Origin: a virus
Lineage: Duplodnaviria; Caudoviricetes
Reading direction: 5' to 3' (one strand)
Length of the DNA stretch: 61,835 bases
IMG/VR virus record: IMGVR_UViG_3300044638_003544
Span: 1 to 61,835 of that record
Made by a program: the position numbers and the translations under genes. Below are positions 21,262 through 33,800 of this stretch, piece after piece. Below the pieces are notes generated by a model that worked only from the letters and a program-made list of their open reading frames with translations, was not told where the DNA came from and did not search any database. Within the stretch, counting starts at the first letter, position 1. Every line of letters begins with the position of its first letter.

Positions 21262-22262
21262 TATGTTACCGTCTTATTAAACGCCATACTTAAATAATAC
21301 TCTATGTCAAGGACGGAGTTTGTTTCTTTTATAATTGGAGTTGAAAGTGCCGCTCTTGATACCATGCCATACACCGTGTCAACAGCATCAACGTTGTTGA
21401 ACCTAACTGCATCTATAACAATATCGGTAGTTGACTTTATGGATATTTCATTTATGTCTGACCATCTTGGATTACCAACTTTTGCGGTTTCCATTTCTGA
21501 AACTGTTCTTTGAACAAAACCATATGTTTGGGCACCAGTTATAGGAATAGATGCTACATAATAGTCAGTTCCTGTTGTCCTAAACTGTACGGTAAGAGTG
21601 GGAGAGTTTCCTGTAAGTTTTGAATAAGCTATTCTTAATGTGTCAATGGTGTTATACAGGGATAGGTTATAAGCTTTAATTTTTGCAGAATCATTTATTC
21701 TTACAGTATCATTTGCCTTAATAAAAAGAGCTGTGTTTCCAACCCTAAAACTATATGAAGCTAATGCAGATGTGACATAGCAAGATGTTGATGGTGTTGT
21801 GCTGCCAGTATTAGGCACTAGAAGAGTTTCCCCTTCTTTCCAAGCATCTGCAGTTGAACCAGAAAACAATGTAGTCTCATTAAGTGATTGTGCATTTTTA
21901 TTTCCATTGCCAGGAAAAAGACCAAGCTCATTAATTACATATCTTTCTCCTTGTGAAGAGCTAGTGCCAAAACTTGCTTTAAATACCATAGCATCAAAGT
22001 TTCCAGAATTATCTAAAAATGACATCTTGACTGGAGCAGATGCAACTCCAAACCCCAAAATATTATTTGGAATCAACCCAGTGTTTGTATCTATTGCTCC
22101 GTTTGCAGTACTATCTAGTCCTACATGAATTTCTCCACCAACTGTTGGCAAGATTCCCATAATTGATTTAAGAATAATCACTCTTCCTGCCCTAGTTATA
22201 GAGTTTTTTTGCTCTCCAATGTATTCGCCATCTAAGTAAAATTTATAGGTTCCAGTTATCAT
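21261..22262 (-). CDS. Minor tail/baseplate protein
   Basis: N-x-IT-x-x-GR, INELGLF, PIIK...IEY motifs; leaderless start after TGGTATAAT. Confidence 0.65.
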   Translation of the reverse strand: MITGTYKFYLDGEYIGEQKNSITRAGRVIILKSIMGILPTVGGEIHVGLDSTANGAIDTNTGLIPNNILGFGVASAPVKMSFLDNSGNFDAMVFKASFGTSSSQGERYVINELGLFPGNGNKNAQSLNETTLFSGSTADAWKEGETLLVPNTGSTTPSTSCYVTSALASYSFRVGNTALFIKANDTVRINDSAKIKAYNLSLYNTIDTLRIAYSKLTGNSPTLTVQFRTTGTDYYVASIPITGAQTYGFVQRTVSEMETAKVGNPRWSDINEISIKSTTDIVIDAVRFNNVDAVDTVYGMVSRAALSTPIIKETNSVLDIEYYLSMAFNKTVT

Positions 22263-22280
22263 AATCTTAATTATACCATT

Positions 22281-23066
22281 TTAAGAGATTTCATAGCATT
22301 TTATGACGTAATTGTTTTGATCATATACTGAGCTAAACGTAAATCTCATGTCATAGTAGGCTACTCCAGAAGATATCCTGACCTTCTGTGGTAAAAATGT
22401 GTCACCCCTTTGTGTTCCAAAAAAATTAATTTTATCTGTATCTAAGACAGAATCGTTAATTTTATTATTTATTTCATTTACAGAGAAAGAAAACTTATCT
22501 TGTTGTAGTGCTTGTTGGGGACCAAATGGCGGTTCTGGTCTAGCTAAGGTACTTACAACATCTTGTGAAATTGCTTCTCTATCAGCATCAAGGTAAAAGT
22601 CTGAAATAGAATTTATACTGCTAAAGTTATATCTCATCAATAGGTCTTTTGCGTTGTAGACCAGAGACAATACCAGCCTTTTTACTTCTGCAAAGTATTG
22701 TTCTTTATAATTTACATCGTCTACTAAACCAGAAGTATTAGAGAGTGTTCCAGTAGATACTTCTGTAGCATCCTGTACTAGCTTTTTGCCATCACCACCG
22801 CCACTACCGCCACTACCGCCAGTTTTTCCTTTAGGTGGAGTATAAAAATTAGATCCAACACCCTTAAAATTTTTTCCTGGGTCAGTTACATATTTTTTTA
22901 CAGCTTTGGCAGTACTCAATGATCCAGTTTTTTGTATCTTTGCTCCAGGACCACCTCGTGGTGTTGTTTTTGGTTTTGTTATTTTTGCAGTTTCTCTTTG
23001 AGTTTCTCTTATTCGTGCCATTTTTTGAGCATTAGTTTCGCCACCTGGACCACTATTTTCAGACAT
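22281..23066 (-). CDS. Minor tail protein / hypothetical
   Basis: Basic, Gly-rich N-terminus; coupled to the upstream gene. Confidence 0.55.
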   Translation of the reverse strand: MSENSGPGGETNAQKMARIRETQRETAKITKPKTTPRGGPGAKIQKTGSLSTAKAVKKYVTDPGKNFKGVGSNFYTPPKGKTGGSGGSGGGDGKKLVQDATEVSTGTLSNTSGLVDDVNYKEQYFAEVKRLVLSLVYNAKDLLMRYNFSSINSISDFYLDADREAISQDVVSTLARPEPPFGPQQALQQDKFSFSVNEINNKINDSVLDTDKINFFGTQRGDTFLPQKVRISSGVAYYDMRFTFSSVYDQNNYVIKCYEIS

Positions 23067-26000
23067 TACAGCATCTCCCTTAAGCTAACGCCCATTTCAA
23101 TTCCATCACTATTTGCACTGTAGTTAATTTCAGATAACACATAAGTTTTGTCCCCAATAGAATTATAACAGTAACCTTTTGCTTTATAAAATACTTTAAT
23201 CTTATCTCCAAGCTGAAGAAGTGGATTTGGAAAAATATTTGCTTGAATTTCAATTTTTTCTTGAGATGCAAATCTTGCAATCCATTCTGCAAGAGTTGAT
23301 GCCTCTTCTCGATTATTTAAATATTCTGCAGAAATATTTATAGCCTGATCTCCGTAAAGCCTCCTATTTATTTGAAGCTGATCGTTTGGAAGATCTGAAT
23401 TTATATTCTTTAGATATTCTCCAATATCTACTGTTCCAGAGCTCAATCTTTTTAAGACAATTCCAGAAATAAATACTGGATATGGGGTCATAGCTCCTCC
23501 TATTGGAACCGTGGTGCTAGTAGAGTTGTAAATTGAAAAGGACGCTCCCCAAGATGTTGACTTATAGTCCTTAATAAAGTAATCTGGACTAACTCTGCTA
23601 AGCTCAATTAGGGTAGTTGCAAATGAAGGCTCATTAAACCTTGCTTCTATAAACTTTACCTCTCTTGCAACATTTCCAAAATCAAAATAGGCTACTGGTA
23701 TTGATTTTCCAAGTATGGACTGTATGTGTGGTGAGAATATTCCTCTATTTTTTCCAATTGCTATTGCTGACGAATAAAGTGCAACATTTTCTTTATTTGA
23801 TGTAGGTAGGGTTGGATAAACTCCATCTGGTGTTGCAACCGCATAAAGATAATCATATATTGCTGTAGAATCATCTCTTACCATTAATCCTATTTCATTT
23901 GTAGAGGAAAGTGGGCTAGGATCATGGGCTTCCATAATTTCTCTACCGTTCAAATAAACCTTAAAATCTTTTTTATTTTTTGATATTGCAACCTCTAAAG
24001 AAAAAGTAATTTTTGCTGCTGGATCACCCTTTGCATGTAAACCCTCAGAGAATTGGATTGTTCTTTCAAAGTCTGTTACATTTACATCTGGGAACCAAGC
24101 TGCTCTTAGTAAAGTTGGGACAAGCTTACCACCTGAACTTGATACCTTATAGAACTTAACATTGTCTTGTTTTCCTAAAGTTTGTGGATTATAATTTTCT
24201 GAAATACTTGAAACCTCAATAAAGTATCCAGTGTTTGCAGTATTTGTTGATGATATATTAAATCCAAATCCTCCAATTGCAGAAACTGAACCTGGAGCAT
24301 CTGCTTTCTTGAAAAGATTCATCTTTGTTCCAATTCTTGTTGGATTAAAGCTGAGTGGTGTTCTATAACCAAAAATAAATTGTTGACCAACATCATCTAT
24401 ATTTATTTCACTTGCATCAATCTCGTCTGATAGGTCTGTCTCGGTTCCAGTTTTTCTAGATGGGGCACCCGTCAAAGTTGCGTATCCACCGTAGGCAAAG
24501 GTCGATCTTGAAAGATTACTTAAATCTGGAACCCCAACATCTGTTGCAAGGGTCATCTTTTGTCCATAGTCTTTTACTTGTCCAGATACTGGGCTATACA
24601 TTTTACTAGAAAAACTTGTCCATCCATCCGATTCTACATTTTTGTTTGTTCCTGTATGAGAAGAAATTTCGGTGTCTTTGTAACCTCTTCCATCTTCTTG
24701 ACAATAAAAAACATATCCCTTTGGTGTGGTTGACTTGCCTTCTGAGTTGTAAGGAGGTGCCAGTTCATCTGGAAAAGAATTTACTTCCATTCCAAAATAT
24801 ACTAGCAAAGCATATGGAACAAAGCTAGACCCAGACGGTGCCCTTGACTCATCTGATTTTTTCTCGGCTTCGTTAAAATAAATTTTTCTCTCTGAAACAA
24901 ATCCTGGTCTTGTTATGTAGTAAACAACTCCATAGAACTTAATAAGTTCACTTTCTACAAGAACATAGCCAGAGTATTTTCCAAGGAAAGAAGCAATAAG
25001 ATCATTTTCGGTAATAACAATCTGACAGCTTTCTCTTTCAACATCTGTCATAGATGAGTATGCCAACCTTATTGAATCGTTTCTATTTTTTGCAGTAAAG
25101 GTTTCATTTAATAGTATTGTTTTTGGTCTACTATTTTTAATATCTTTAATTATTACTCCAGCAGACAGGATTGCATTATTATCGTTACCATCATTTCCAT
25201 TTGGACTCCAAACTTGCTGGGGGATATACCCAATGTCTCTTGTAAGACTTATTTCTGAAAACCCAGAATCAATTATTTTTTCTGTTTCTTTTGATAAAGA
25301 AGCATATGGATTTTTATCTAGCGAAGCGTTCAATAAACTCATAGATGCTTTTGGAATACCTAAGTCAGAATATGCCACCTCACCAGCTGTTATTGGTGGA
25401 ATAAAAGAATCTTCAAAACTTTCAATATTTGAAGAGTAAACTCCATTTATATAGGCATATTCTGGATCGGAAATGGTGGCTTCACTAGCGTCACCAACTA
25501 AAGTATAGTTCCAAGAGTTTGTTTTTTGAGTCACCGCTTCTTTTGTTCGTACAGTTAAATATCCAAACTGATCAAAATACATAGAAAGCTGTGCTGATTT
25601 TGCCAACTCATTAAGGGCTTCAGCAACGGACATTTCTTTTTTGCAATAAAAAAAGTCTATTCTTCTGTCCTCTTCAAGATACTGCTCTACGTCAGCTGTT
25701 TTATTAAACGAGTATCTGGTAAAACCTGCATTATCTAATAAAATTTTAATTATAGCTGAAACCTTAATTCCATCTAATGCTCCTAGCAAAATGTCTGGAG
25801 CTGGTTTATCCTGCAAGAATCCCATAAAATCTTCTAACTCTACACTTACTGACCAGTCTGATGACTCGTCCCATGATTTTGCATATAAAACGTTTATTGG
25901 AACGTATTTTGTTGTTGAACTATAAGTTATAGAATTTAAAATAGTAAATTTAACATTTGGCTTTAACATGTATTCTAAAATTGATAGATAGTTTTTGTTA

Positions 26001-27331
26001 CTAATTAAGTTATCCTGATTAAAAAACTTAATATTTCCACCTCCAGAAACTATAGATCCAACAGGAAGACCAAGTGTGCTATCTCCTAAACTTGAATTTG
26101 AAGAAAATGACTCAGTGTAGCTTGTCATATCTACAACCATTCTTGGAGAAATTTCTATGAGGTCCAAGGTGCCATCTTCTTTTGGATTATTTGCTGAATC
26201 AGCAAGTTTCTGTACGGAAAACCTAATTCCTTTTATAGACTGATATCCAGTTGTATCAGATCTTAAAAGACTTGTTATTGTTCCCTCTTCCGATACAGAT
26301 CCAGCTATAACCCATTGCCAAGAACCAGAAACATACTTTCTTGAAAGTCTGAGGATGCCGTCCTTCATTGTTTCATTTCCTGTGTTTTGATAAATAGTAG
26401 TCCAAGTAGAGCTACCTGCAGGAAGAACTTCTACCGTAAAATCTCTTGCATATCCATGAATTGTTTGAGTTTTTACAACAATCTTATTTGCTCTTACTTC
26501 TTCTGAATAATAAACAAATGCGTTGTTGCCCTTCATTCTTCCAATTGAATTAGAGACTCCAATATCTTGAGCAGTTATGCTTCTGGTAGAATTTTTCTTA
26601 CATCTTCTTGCAGATACCCAGTACTTTGAACCAAAGGTTTCACTTAACGGATAAATTCTATCTGGAGATTGTAAAATATTATATGCCCTGGCATTTCTAC
26701 AATCAGAAAGGATGGTTCTAACCTTTGCAGACTTTATTGTAAAAGGAAAAGTAATTCCAGGATCTGGTCTATCTGGACCAATAATCTCTTTCAAACCCGT
26801 TAAACTTTTTCTTGTAACATCTTCTACTTGATAGTTTCCAGAAGAAGATACAACTTCATGATAATGACCACCATTATCCCATCCACCAGTATCTTCAGAA
26901 GAATTAAAAGTTTTTGAATATGTTGGATCTGTGTTAGTTGTTGTTCCAATTCCAGTAGTTAGCGTTTCAGCAGTAGGTGCTGAAGTAACAACAAAAGTAA
27001 AAGTTGTAAGGGTAGGCACAGAAACAATAGTCCAAGTTCCGTTAAGCTTGGTTTGCTGCGTTCCAGATGCACCAGAAATTATAATAGTATCTCCAGAAAT
27101 TAAGCCATGATTTGCTGCAGATGTTCCAGTAACTGTAGTTGTACCGTTTCCAATATAATTTGTCATTGTAATTTGTCTAGAAGCTGCTACAATTGATATT
27201 GGATACGATCCAAGATGGCTAACAAGAGTATAAGCGTTATAGTTCCACTCTGCAATTATTTTGTGGCTAGATGATAATACCTTTGAAGACTTATAAAGAT
27301 TATCAATTTCTGTATCTCCAGTGCTTAACAT
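23066..27331 (-). CDS. Tail hub / central tail tip protein
   Basis: 1421 aa, two genes after the tape measure; YFDQFGYLTV and C-terminal NPLLQLGDKI hub motifs. Confidence 0.75.
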   Translation of the reverse strand: MLSTGDTEIDNLYKSSKVLSSSHKIIAEWNYNAYTLVSHLGSYPISIVAASRQITMTNYIGNGTTTVTGTSAANHGLISGDTIIISGASGTQQTKLNGTWTIVSVPTLTTFTFVVTSAPTAETLTTGIGTTTNTDPTYSKTFNSSEDTGGWDNGGHYHEVVSSSGNYQVEDVTRKSLTGLKEIIGPDRPDPGITFPFTIKSAKVRTILSDCRNARAYNILQSPDRIYPLSETFGSKYWVSARRCKKNSTRSITAQDIGVSNSIGRMKGNNAFVYYSEEVRANKIVVKTQTIHGYARDFTVEVLPAGSSTWTTIYQNTGNETMKDGILRLSRKYVSGSWQWVIAGSVSEEGTITSLLRSDTTGYQSIKGIRFSVQKLADSANNPKEDGTLDLIEISPRMVVDMTSYTESFSSNSSLGDSTLGLPVGSIVSGGGNIKFFNQDNLISNKNYLSILEYMLKPNVKFTILNSITYSSTTKYVPINVLYAKSWDESSDWSVSVELEDFMGFLQDKPAPDILLGALDGIKVSAIIKILLDNAGFTRYSFNKTADVEQYLEEDRRIDFFYCKKEMSVAEALNELAKSAQLSMYFDQFGYLTVRTKEAVTQKTNSWNYTLVGDASEATISDPEYAYINGVYSSNIESFEDSFIPPITAGEVAYSDLGIPKASMSLLNASLDKNPYASLSKETEKIIDSGFSEISLTRDIGYIPQQVWSPNGNDGNDNNAILSAGVIIKDIKNSRPKTILLNETFTAKNRNDSIRLAYSSMTDVERESCQIVITENDLIASFLGKYSGYVLVESELIKFYGVVYYITRPGFVSERKIYFNEAEKKSDESRAPSGSSFVPYALLVYFGMEVNSFPDELAPPYNSEGKSTTPKGYVFYCQEDGRGYKDTEISSHTGTNKNVESDGWTSFSSKMYSPVSGQVKDYGQKMTLATDVGVPDLSNLSRSTFAYGGYATLTGAPSRKTGTETDLSDEIDASEINIDDVGQQFIFGYRTPLSFNPTRIGTKMNLFKKADAPGSVSAIGGFGFNISSTNTANTGYFIEVSSISENYNPQTLGKQDNVKFYKVSSSGGKLVPTLLRAAWFPDVNVTDFERTIQFSEGLHAKGDPAAKITFSLEVAISKNKKDFKVYLNGREIMEAHDPSPLSSTNEIGLMVRDDSTAIYDYLYAVATPDGVYPTLPTSNKENVALYSSAIAIGKNRGIFSPHIQSILGKSIPVAYFDFGNVAREVKFIEARFNEPSFATTLIELSRVSPDYFIKDYKSTSWGASFSIYNSTSTTVPIGGAMTPYPVFISGIVLKRLSSGTVDIGEYLKNINSDLPNDQLQINRRLYGDQAINISAEYLNNREEASTLAEWIARFASQEKIEIQANIFPNPLLQLGDKIKVFYKAKGYCYNSIGDKTYVLSEINYSANSDGIEMGVSLREML

Positions 27332-27865
27332 TTACACCTCCACCAAATCAATGGATACGTCCCATAGATCGTTATACTGACCTCTTTTTGTTATAGTAAA
27401 ATCAAAATTGTCAAAAAATACATTATATTTTTCTACATTGGAACCCGATCCAACTGTTAGATCGTCATTGTTATCATATATTAAGAGCATCCAAAAATCA
27501 TCATAGTTTGCTTCATACCAATCTTTAATATCTATTCCAGCACCAAAACCATCTGAAGTTATAGATACAGAGCCATTTAATTTTCTTGAAGGAATGTTTT
27601 CCCAAGATGTTGAAAAATTATATTTATCTGCCACATGAACAGACCTCATTGTTCCGTCAACCATTCTTCTTTTTGACTCTAATCTTTCTACAGAAATTTG
27701 AAGAGGAGATCTATTGTCATCAGTTAAATACAATGTGGAGCCACCTGTTTGAAAATCCCATTTTCCAGTAGGAGTACCCTCAGAAAGTTCTGGTAGTGGC
27801 TCTTTAGTAGAAAACACAATGAGTGATGGTCTTAACCATTTTTCATCTAAATCAACAGCTGTCAT
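27332..27865 (-). CDS. Distal tail protein-like
   Basis: Directly follows the tape measure; RMVDGTMRS...SWENIPS. Confidence 0.65.
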   Translation of the reverse strand: MTAVDLDEKWLRPSLIVFSTKEPLPELSEGTPTGKWDFQTGGSTLYLTDDNRSPLQISVERLESKRRMVDGTMRSVHVADKYNFSTSWENIPSRKLNGSVSITSDGFGAGIDIKDWYEANYDDFWMLLIYDNNDDLTVGSGSNVEKYNVFFDNFDFTITKRGQYNDLWDVSIDLVEV

Positions 27866-30800
27866 TATATCTTCCTACTAAAATTTCTTCTATTTTCTTG
27901 TGTGTTAATTGCCTTTACGACTTCTTTTGCAACGGCTCTTGGATCATTTGTTCCAGATGCATCCACATTAATATTATAGACTGAATTGTTTGAGATTGCT
28001 GAAGCGTCAACAAATCCTTGATTATTTTGAGGAACATTATATTTCATTGCTTCAATTCCAGACTTAAGATCTGCTGTAAGTGGGGATGTTAGGACTGCTT
28101 CTCCCTTATGTAAGTTAGCAAGACCATTTGACATTGTAAGACCACCTTCACGCATACCTGGGGGATTAGATCCTGGTTTAAGACCTGACCACTCAAAGTG
28201 TAGGTGAGCCCCTCTTACCTTTCCAGTGTCTCCAGAAAAACCAATTCTTTGACCAGCCCTTACTTGTCCTGGTTCGGCATCATATCCGCTTAGGTGAGCG
28301 TATAAAGACTCTGTTCCATCATTATGTCTTATAGTTGCGTAGTTTCCAAAACCTGTTGCACTGTATCCTCTTGACTTTCTTCCAGATGCCATTGCATAAA
28401 CCGATGTACCTATTCCAACACCATAGTCAATTGCTCTTCCAGGGTACCTTGCACTGTGTGCTTTTCCAGAGCTTGGGTATGTGCCTCTTGCAGTTACCCC
28501 TGGACTTCCAAAAAGAATTTTTGCAACTTGTCCAAGTAATTCATAATTTGCAATTGTTGGTGCGTTTGAGGGACCTTGATCATTTCCTGGCTCTTCTTCT
28601 GACTTAGCTGTTTGTATTACATTTCCAATAGCCTTTGCTATAAGATTTGAATTTACTACTCCAAACCCAAGTGCTGTAGCAGACTGAGAACTACCTGCTT
28701 GGGCAGAAACATATCCACCACTTGCAAATTTTCTTTCATTAATTTGATCAAGCATATCAGTTCCATATTCATCAACAGCTGAGGCACGAACCACATACTC
28801 TCCATCTGAAAGTCTTGCTGTAATAGAGTCTGAATTTTTTGTTCCTGGTCCATGAACAATACCACCAGTTGCTCTATTTGGAATCATTGCATTTCCCTTA
28901 ATTCCAGCTATGCTGTTATTAATAAGGTCTGTTAATTCTTTTCCACTTACATCGTATTCTTCTCCTGCAGATGTTATTGCACCAGAAACTATCTTCTTAA
29001 AGTCTTTGTCAAAACTGGAAGCAAGATCAGTAACTAATTTTTGTGCCTCTGGGGGAAGCTTTGATGCCATATCTGATATAGAGCCAAGATAATTATACAT
29101 GTCTGTTGCTAAGGCTTCGCCTGGCTTAAGGGCTTTTAATTTTTCAGCCTCTGCAATTGCGGCATCAATTGATTGCAGTGTTGATGACTTGTTTCTTTGA
29201 ATTTTTTCATTTTCTCTATCAAGCTGCTCAAGTCTCTTTTCGTGTCTTTCGTCTTCTCCCTCTGCAAGTTCCTTATTCTTATCAATTTGATCTTGAAGTT
29301 TTTCCTCTGCTGCATCTGCCACTTCTTTAATTCTGTCAATTTCTGTAGTTCTTCCAAACTGTGCTGCATTTGAAGCCATGTCTTGTTGTGCTTGAAGGAA
29401 TCCAAAGACATCTCCAGATGCAAGAGACTGTAAGCCACCAAGAGCAGACTGGCGTTGTTGATTTCTAAAGTCATCTGCTTTATTTTCTTTATCTAGTGCA
29501 TCAATATACTCTTCTGCACCTTCTCTAATTGCCTTTATTTGTTTTTCTAGTCCCTTATTCTGTTTGTCAATATTTTTTTGAAAGTTTTTGTGTCTTTTGT
29601 TTTCTGCATCTTTAGCTGATTCATTTTTAGCAATAAGGTTATCGTATCTTGCAGTTTCTGCTGCTTTTACTTCATTAAAACTTGCTATTTGAGCGTCAAG
29701 ACCTAAGTCTAGTTCCATATCAATTTTTGCAAGAGCATCCATTTCAGCAAGTCTCTTGTTAACAATTTGTGCTTCCTTATCTGATAGATCTAAATCTTTA
29801 AGTAATCCATTAAGATTAATTCCTGCTGCATGAGCTTGCATAATCAAAAGCTTTGTATCTGTATCGTCTACACTATCGCCAAGCTTTTCTATTGTGTCAA
29901 ATATTGGACCATCTTCAATTCCCATTTCTTTGAGAGAGCTCTTTATTGATGCATCTAAAGCAGATCCAACGTCTGATTGGTTAACTCCAGCAGCAGCACC
30001 TTCTCTAAACGCAACTGCAACTGAATCCTTTAATAGTTTAGTTCCTTCTCCTAAATCGGCTGAAAGTAGTGCAGATTCAATTACTCCGTTAAATTGTCCT
30101 TCAAGATTGGCTTTTTTGGTTCCTATAATTTCTCCACTATTTAAACCATATTTTGCTGTTTCTTGGAAAGCCATTCCTACCGCAGCAGTTGCTTGTGATT
30201 GATTTTCTATTCCACGGAACTTTCCAGCCATAGAAGCAAGCTGACCACCCGTTCCAGAGGCTTGAGCAAGTACAGATAAAATTTCATTGGCTTGATCTGC
30301 AGTAAATCCTTGCTGTAGCATTTTTCCATACTGACCCAAAAACATTGCTGCTGGATCGTTTGTATTTTTTAGCTGTTCTACAAGTTTTTTGTTTTCTTCC
30401 TGGTCAAGTATTGCTTTCTTTAGTGCAGGGTCAACTCCTAATGCAGAAGTTCCTCCACCAAAACCTAAATTCTTGGCAATATCTGCATTTGTCTTCATTT
30501 GATCATTAACAGATTTTAGAGTAATTCCATAATATTCAGCAGCTGCAGTTTGTGAGGCATACATTGACTCCCCAGCTTCTCTTGCTTCGCTAATAGCTTT
30601 TCTGTATGCTATAACACCTGCAGCTACTGCAGTTACAGCAGCGAGTGCGGCAATTCCAACTGGTCCACCAAGAAGGGCTAAACCTCTTCCAGCCATCATA
30701 AGACCGCTTCCAAGCTTTGATGTTCCGCCAGATGCTATAGACATGCGAGCACCCTTTACAAATGTTGCTGAACCTGCACTTTTAAGTTTTCCACCTGCAG

Positions 30801-33800
30801 CACCTAAGCCTCCAACACCACCTTGTGCTAACTGCATTGCAGTAGTTGCTAAAAATAATCCGTTTGTAAACTTTGTTAAACCTGCGGTAGCTTTAGCAAA
30901 TCCTTCATTCATTGCACCAATTGAGTTCAGTGCAAATGCTGCACCCATTGCTCCACCAGATAATGAAGCTCCACGATTTAAAATTGATTTGCCCATAGAG
31001 GCAGCTCTACCTCTTGCTTTTGACAATCCTGTTATTGAGGCTTTTCCATAGTTTTCTCCAGCTCTTTCTGCACCCTTTGCATTAGCATTAAGTCTATTTT
31101 CAAACGAGTCTGTGTATATTTCTGCTACCTGGTCCGCCTGTCTTTGTACTTCTTTTGCAGGAGACTTTGCTTTAATTGCCTTTTTTACTCCAGTAGTTGC
31201 ACCTGTTGCAGCTGGAACTGCTCCGCTTAAGTTAAGTTGTTCTAGTAATGGTAATTGTCCAGATAGTCTTGCTGAAGATACTGCTCTACCTGCTGCAATC
31301 CAAGGAGGAACTCTACTAGAAACTGATTTTCCTGGAACAGCAGTTTTTCCTTTTTGTGCAACAGAAAGATCTCCAGAAGCAATTCTAGACTCTACATCCA
31401 TTAATGCTGCTTCATAAAGCCTTGTTCCAATTCTATCTATTGGTTGATTTCCCTTAATAATTGATCTTGCACTTGCTTTAAGTTCTTGTTTGCTAAACCC
31501 TTCCTCTACCAACTGAGTTATAGCATTACCCATAGATTTTCTAAATGCTACAACGTTACCCTTTGACCCACCTGGTCCAAGCTTTGTCATCATACTTAGT
31601 GTATTATTTTCTGCTGCACTTGCAGCAACAAGATTTGGTGGACTAAATACTTTTTTACCAGTTACTGGATCAACCTGTGGCGTAATGTGGGTAGCATCAA
31701 ACTGCTTCATTGCGTTAATAATTTTTTGATTTTGAATGTCAAAGGCTGCAACTATTTGATCAATTATGTCTCCAACTATTCCAGTAAAAGGTGCAGACCT
31801 TTCTTGAAGAAGACCTCTAATGATTGGATCATTGTTACTTAGTCTTGTTCCCTTTGCAAAACCCTTTATGTTTCCCTGATTCATTGCATTAAGAATTGGA
31901 CCATATTTTTGTGTTGCTGCCTTATTAACAACAAATTCTCCAGGCATCAGTAATGCTGGAACCGAATCAGTATTTCCAGATCCTGGGACTCCACCACCGT
32001 TTGCTCTTTTAATTGGCTTACCCTTAGCTCCTGGAACAAATTGTCCAGGATTTGCAGCAGCTTGATTTCTAAGAGCAGCAACATATGCACTCATAGTTGA
32101 AGTTAGTCTTGCTAAAGTTTGATCTTGTCTTGCATACGCAGATGTAAGTAAGTCTGTAGTTTTAAGAGCAACTATCTGTTCAGTATTAAGGAGCTCAAAC
32201 TGTTTTGTTGGAATTCCCATAACTGCACGACCAAGATTTACGATACCCATTGCACCCTTAGTTACATAGCCAAGGAAGTTTGCAAGGACACCAGTAATCA
32301 TAACTATTGGACCAGCAATTGCTGTAATTCCTGTTGCCAACTTAATGAAGTTTTTAACAGGTTCTGGAAGATTACTTCCGAATTCAACTAATTTATTAAA
32401 CAAGTCTGCGGCTTTTTCTAAGAAAGGTATAACTGATCTAGTCAGGGCTTCTCCAATTGGCAGGAGAGAGGCTTTAATTGACTCCATTGCCCTTTGGAAT
32501 CTCATTGATGTAGACTCTGTAAGAGTTCTAAGTTCCTGGTTTGCAATATTTGCAAGATCTGTTGAAGTTGCTGACATCAATTTAATTACTTCAACTGTTT
32601 GGGATCCTGCCTGATTCAAGTTATCAAAAAGTGCTGCAATTCTAGCAAACTGATATTTACCAAAAACTTGTTCAATAATTTGTGCTCTAGAGAATTCATC
32701 TAGACCCATCATTGCCTGTTGGAATTCAAGAATTGTAGGCATTAGCTTACCCTTGTTTCTTGTTACAATTCCCTCAAGGTCGATTCCAAATCCTCTTGCA
32801 GTTTCTGCAGCTTGTTTTGTTGGGTTAATTAAAGATGCCATACCAGACTTAATTGCGTTTGCACCTTCAGCAGCGTTAATGCCACCTTCCTTCATTGCAA
32901 CAAGCAAAACAGAAAGGTCTTTAACGTCTCCACCCATTGCTTTAATAACTGGACCAGTCCTTGGAATAGCTTCTGTTAAGTCCTGAATAGAAACTGATGT
33001 TTGGTTTTCAACTGCGTTAAGAAAGTCAATGGATTCTGCAAGTTCTTGTGTACTCATATTAAATGCACTTTGTAGTGCAAGAGTTGCTTTCATAGCCTCT
33101 TGTCTATCTACTTCACCAAGCACTGCAAGACGAGTAGTTTGTTGGATAGAACTTGTTAGCCTTTGCCCTTCAAGACCAGTTGCTGCTAGGTCTGCAGCAA
33201 GGGCTGCAGTTTGACTAACCGCAATACCAAACTTACCTGCAATGTCTTTTGCTAGAAGTTCTACCTGCTTTCTCATTTCTTGAGAAGCGTTTGTAGTTGT
33301 CATGACAAGATCAGATCCATATACCTTTTGGAATCTTGTTAATTCTTTGTCAAAATCTCTAAATGTTTTTGAAAGGCTTGCACCTAAAATTGTAAGGGGA
33401 ATAGTAAGACCAACTGTAAGCTGTCTACCAGCCCATTGAGTATTTTTACCCCAGTTGATAAGTTCTCTTGATCCATCTTGAACCAACTTATTAAATATAT
33501 TAAACTGTTCTCTAGCAATGTTCATGCTAGTTGTCATATTTTTAGTATCAACAGATAGTGGGGTAATGACCATACCTTTATTTCTTCCAGTAGCATCTTT
33601 TCCAAGGCTAACAATCTCTGATTGAGCCTTTCTTACTTGCTCTACTGCAAGCTTTCTTACTCTTGATCCTTCAGTGTAGGCTCTTCTTGCTTCTTTAAAA
33701 TAATCTCTCATATGGAGTTTATTCTTTTGAAGAGCCTCACCGAAGCGATCTACGTCACTTGAAAGATCCACCATTGTGGTCTGGAAAGCTCCAAGTGATT

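Noticed and set aside
22788-22822. CCGCCACTA tandem repeat
   Set aside because: Encodes a GGS linker; ordinary low-complexity coding sequence.
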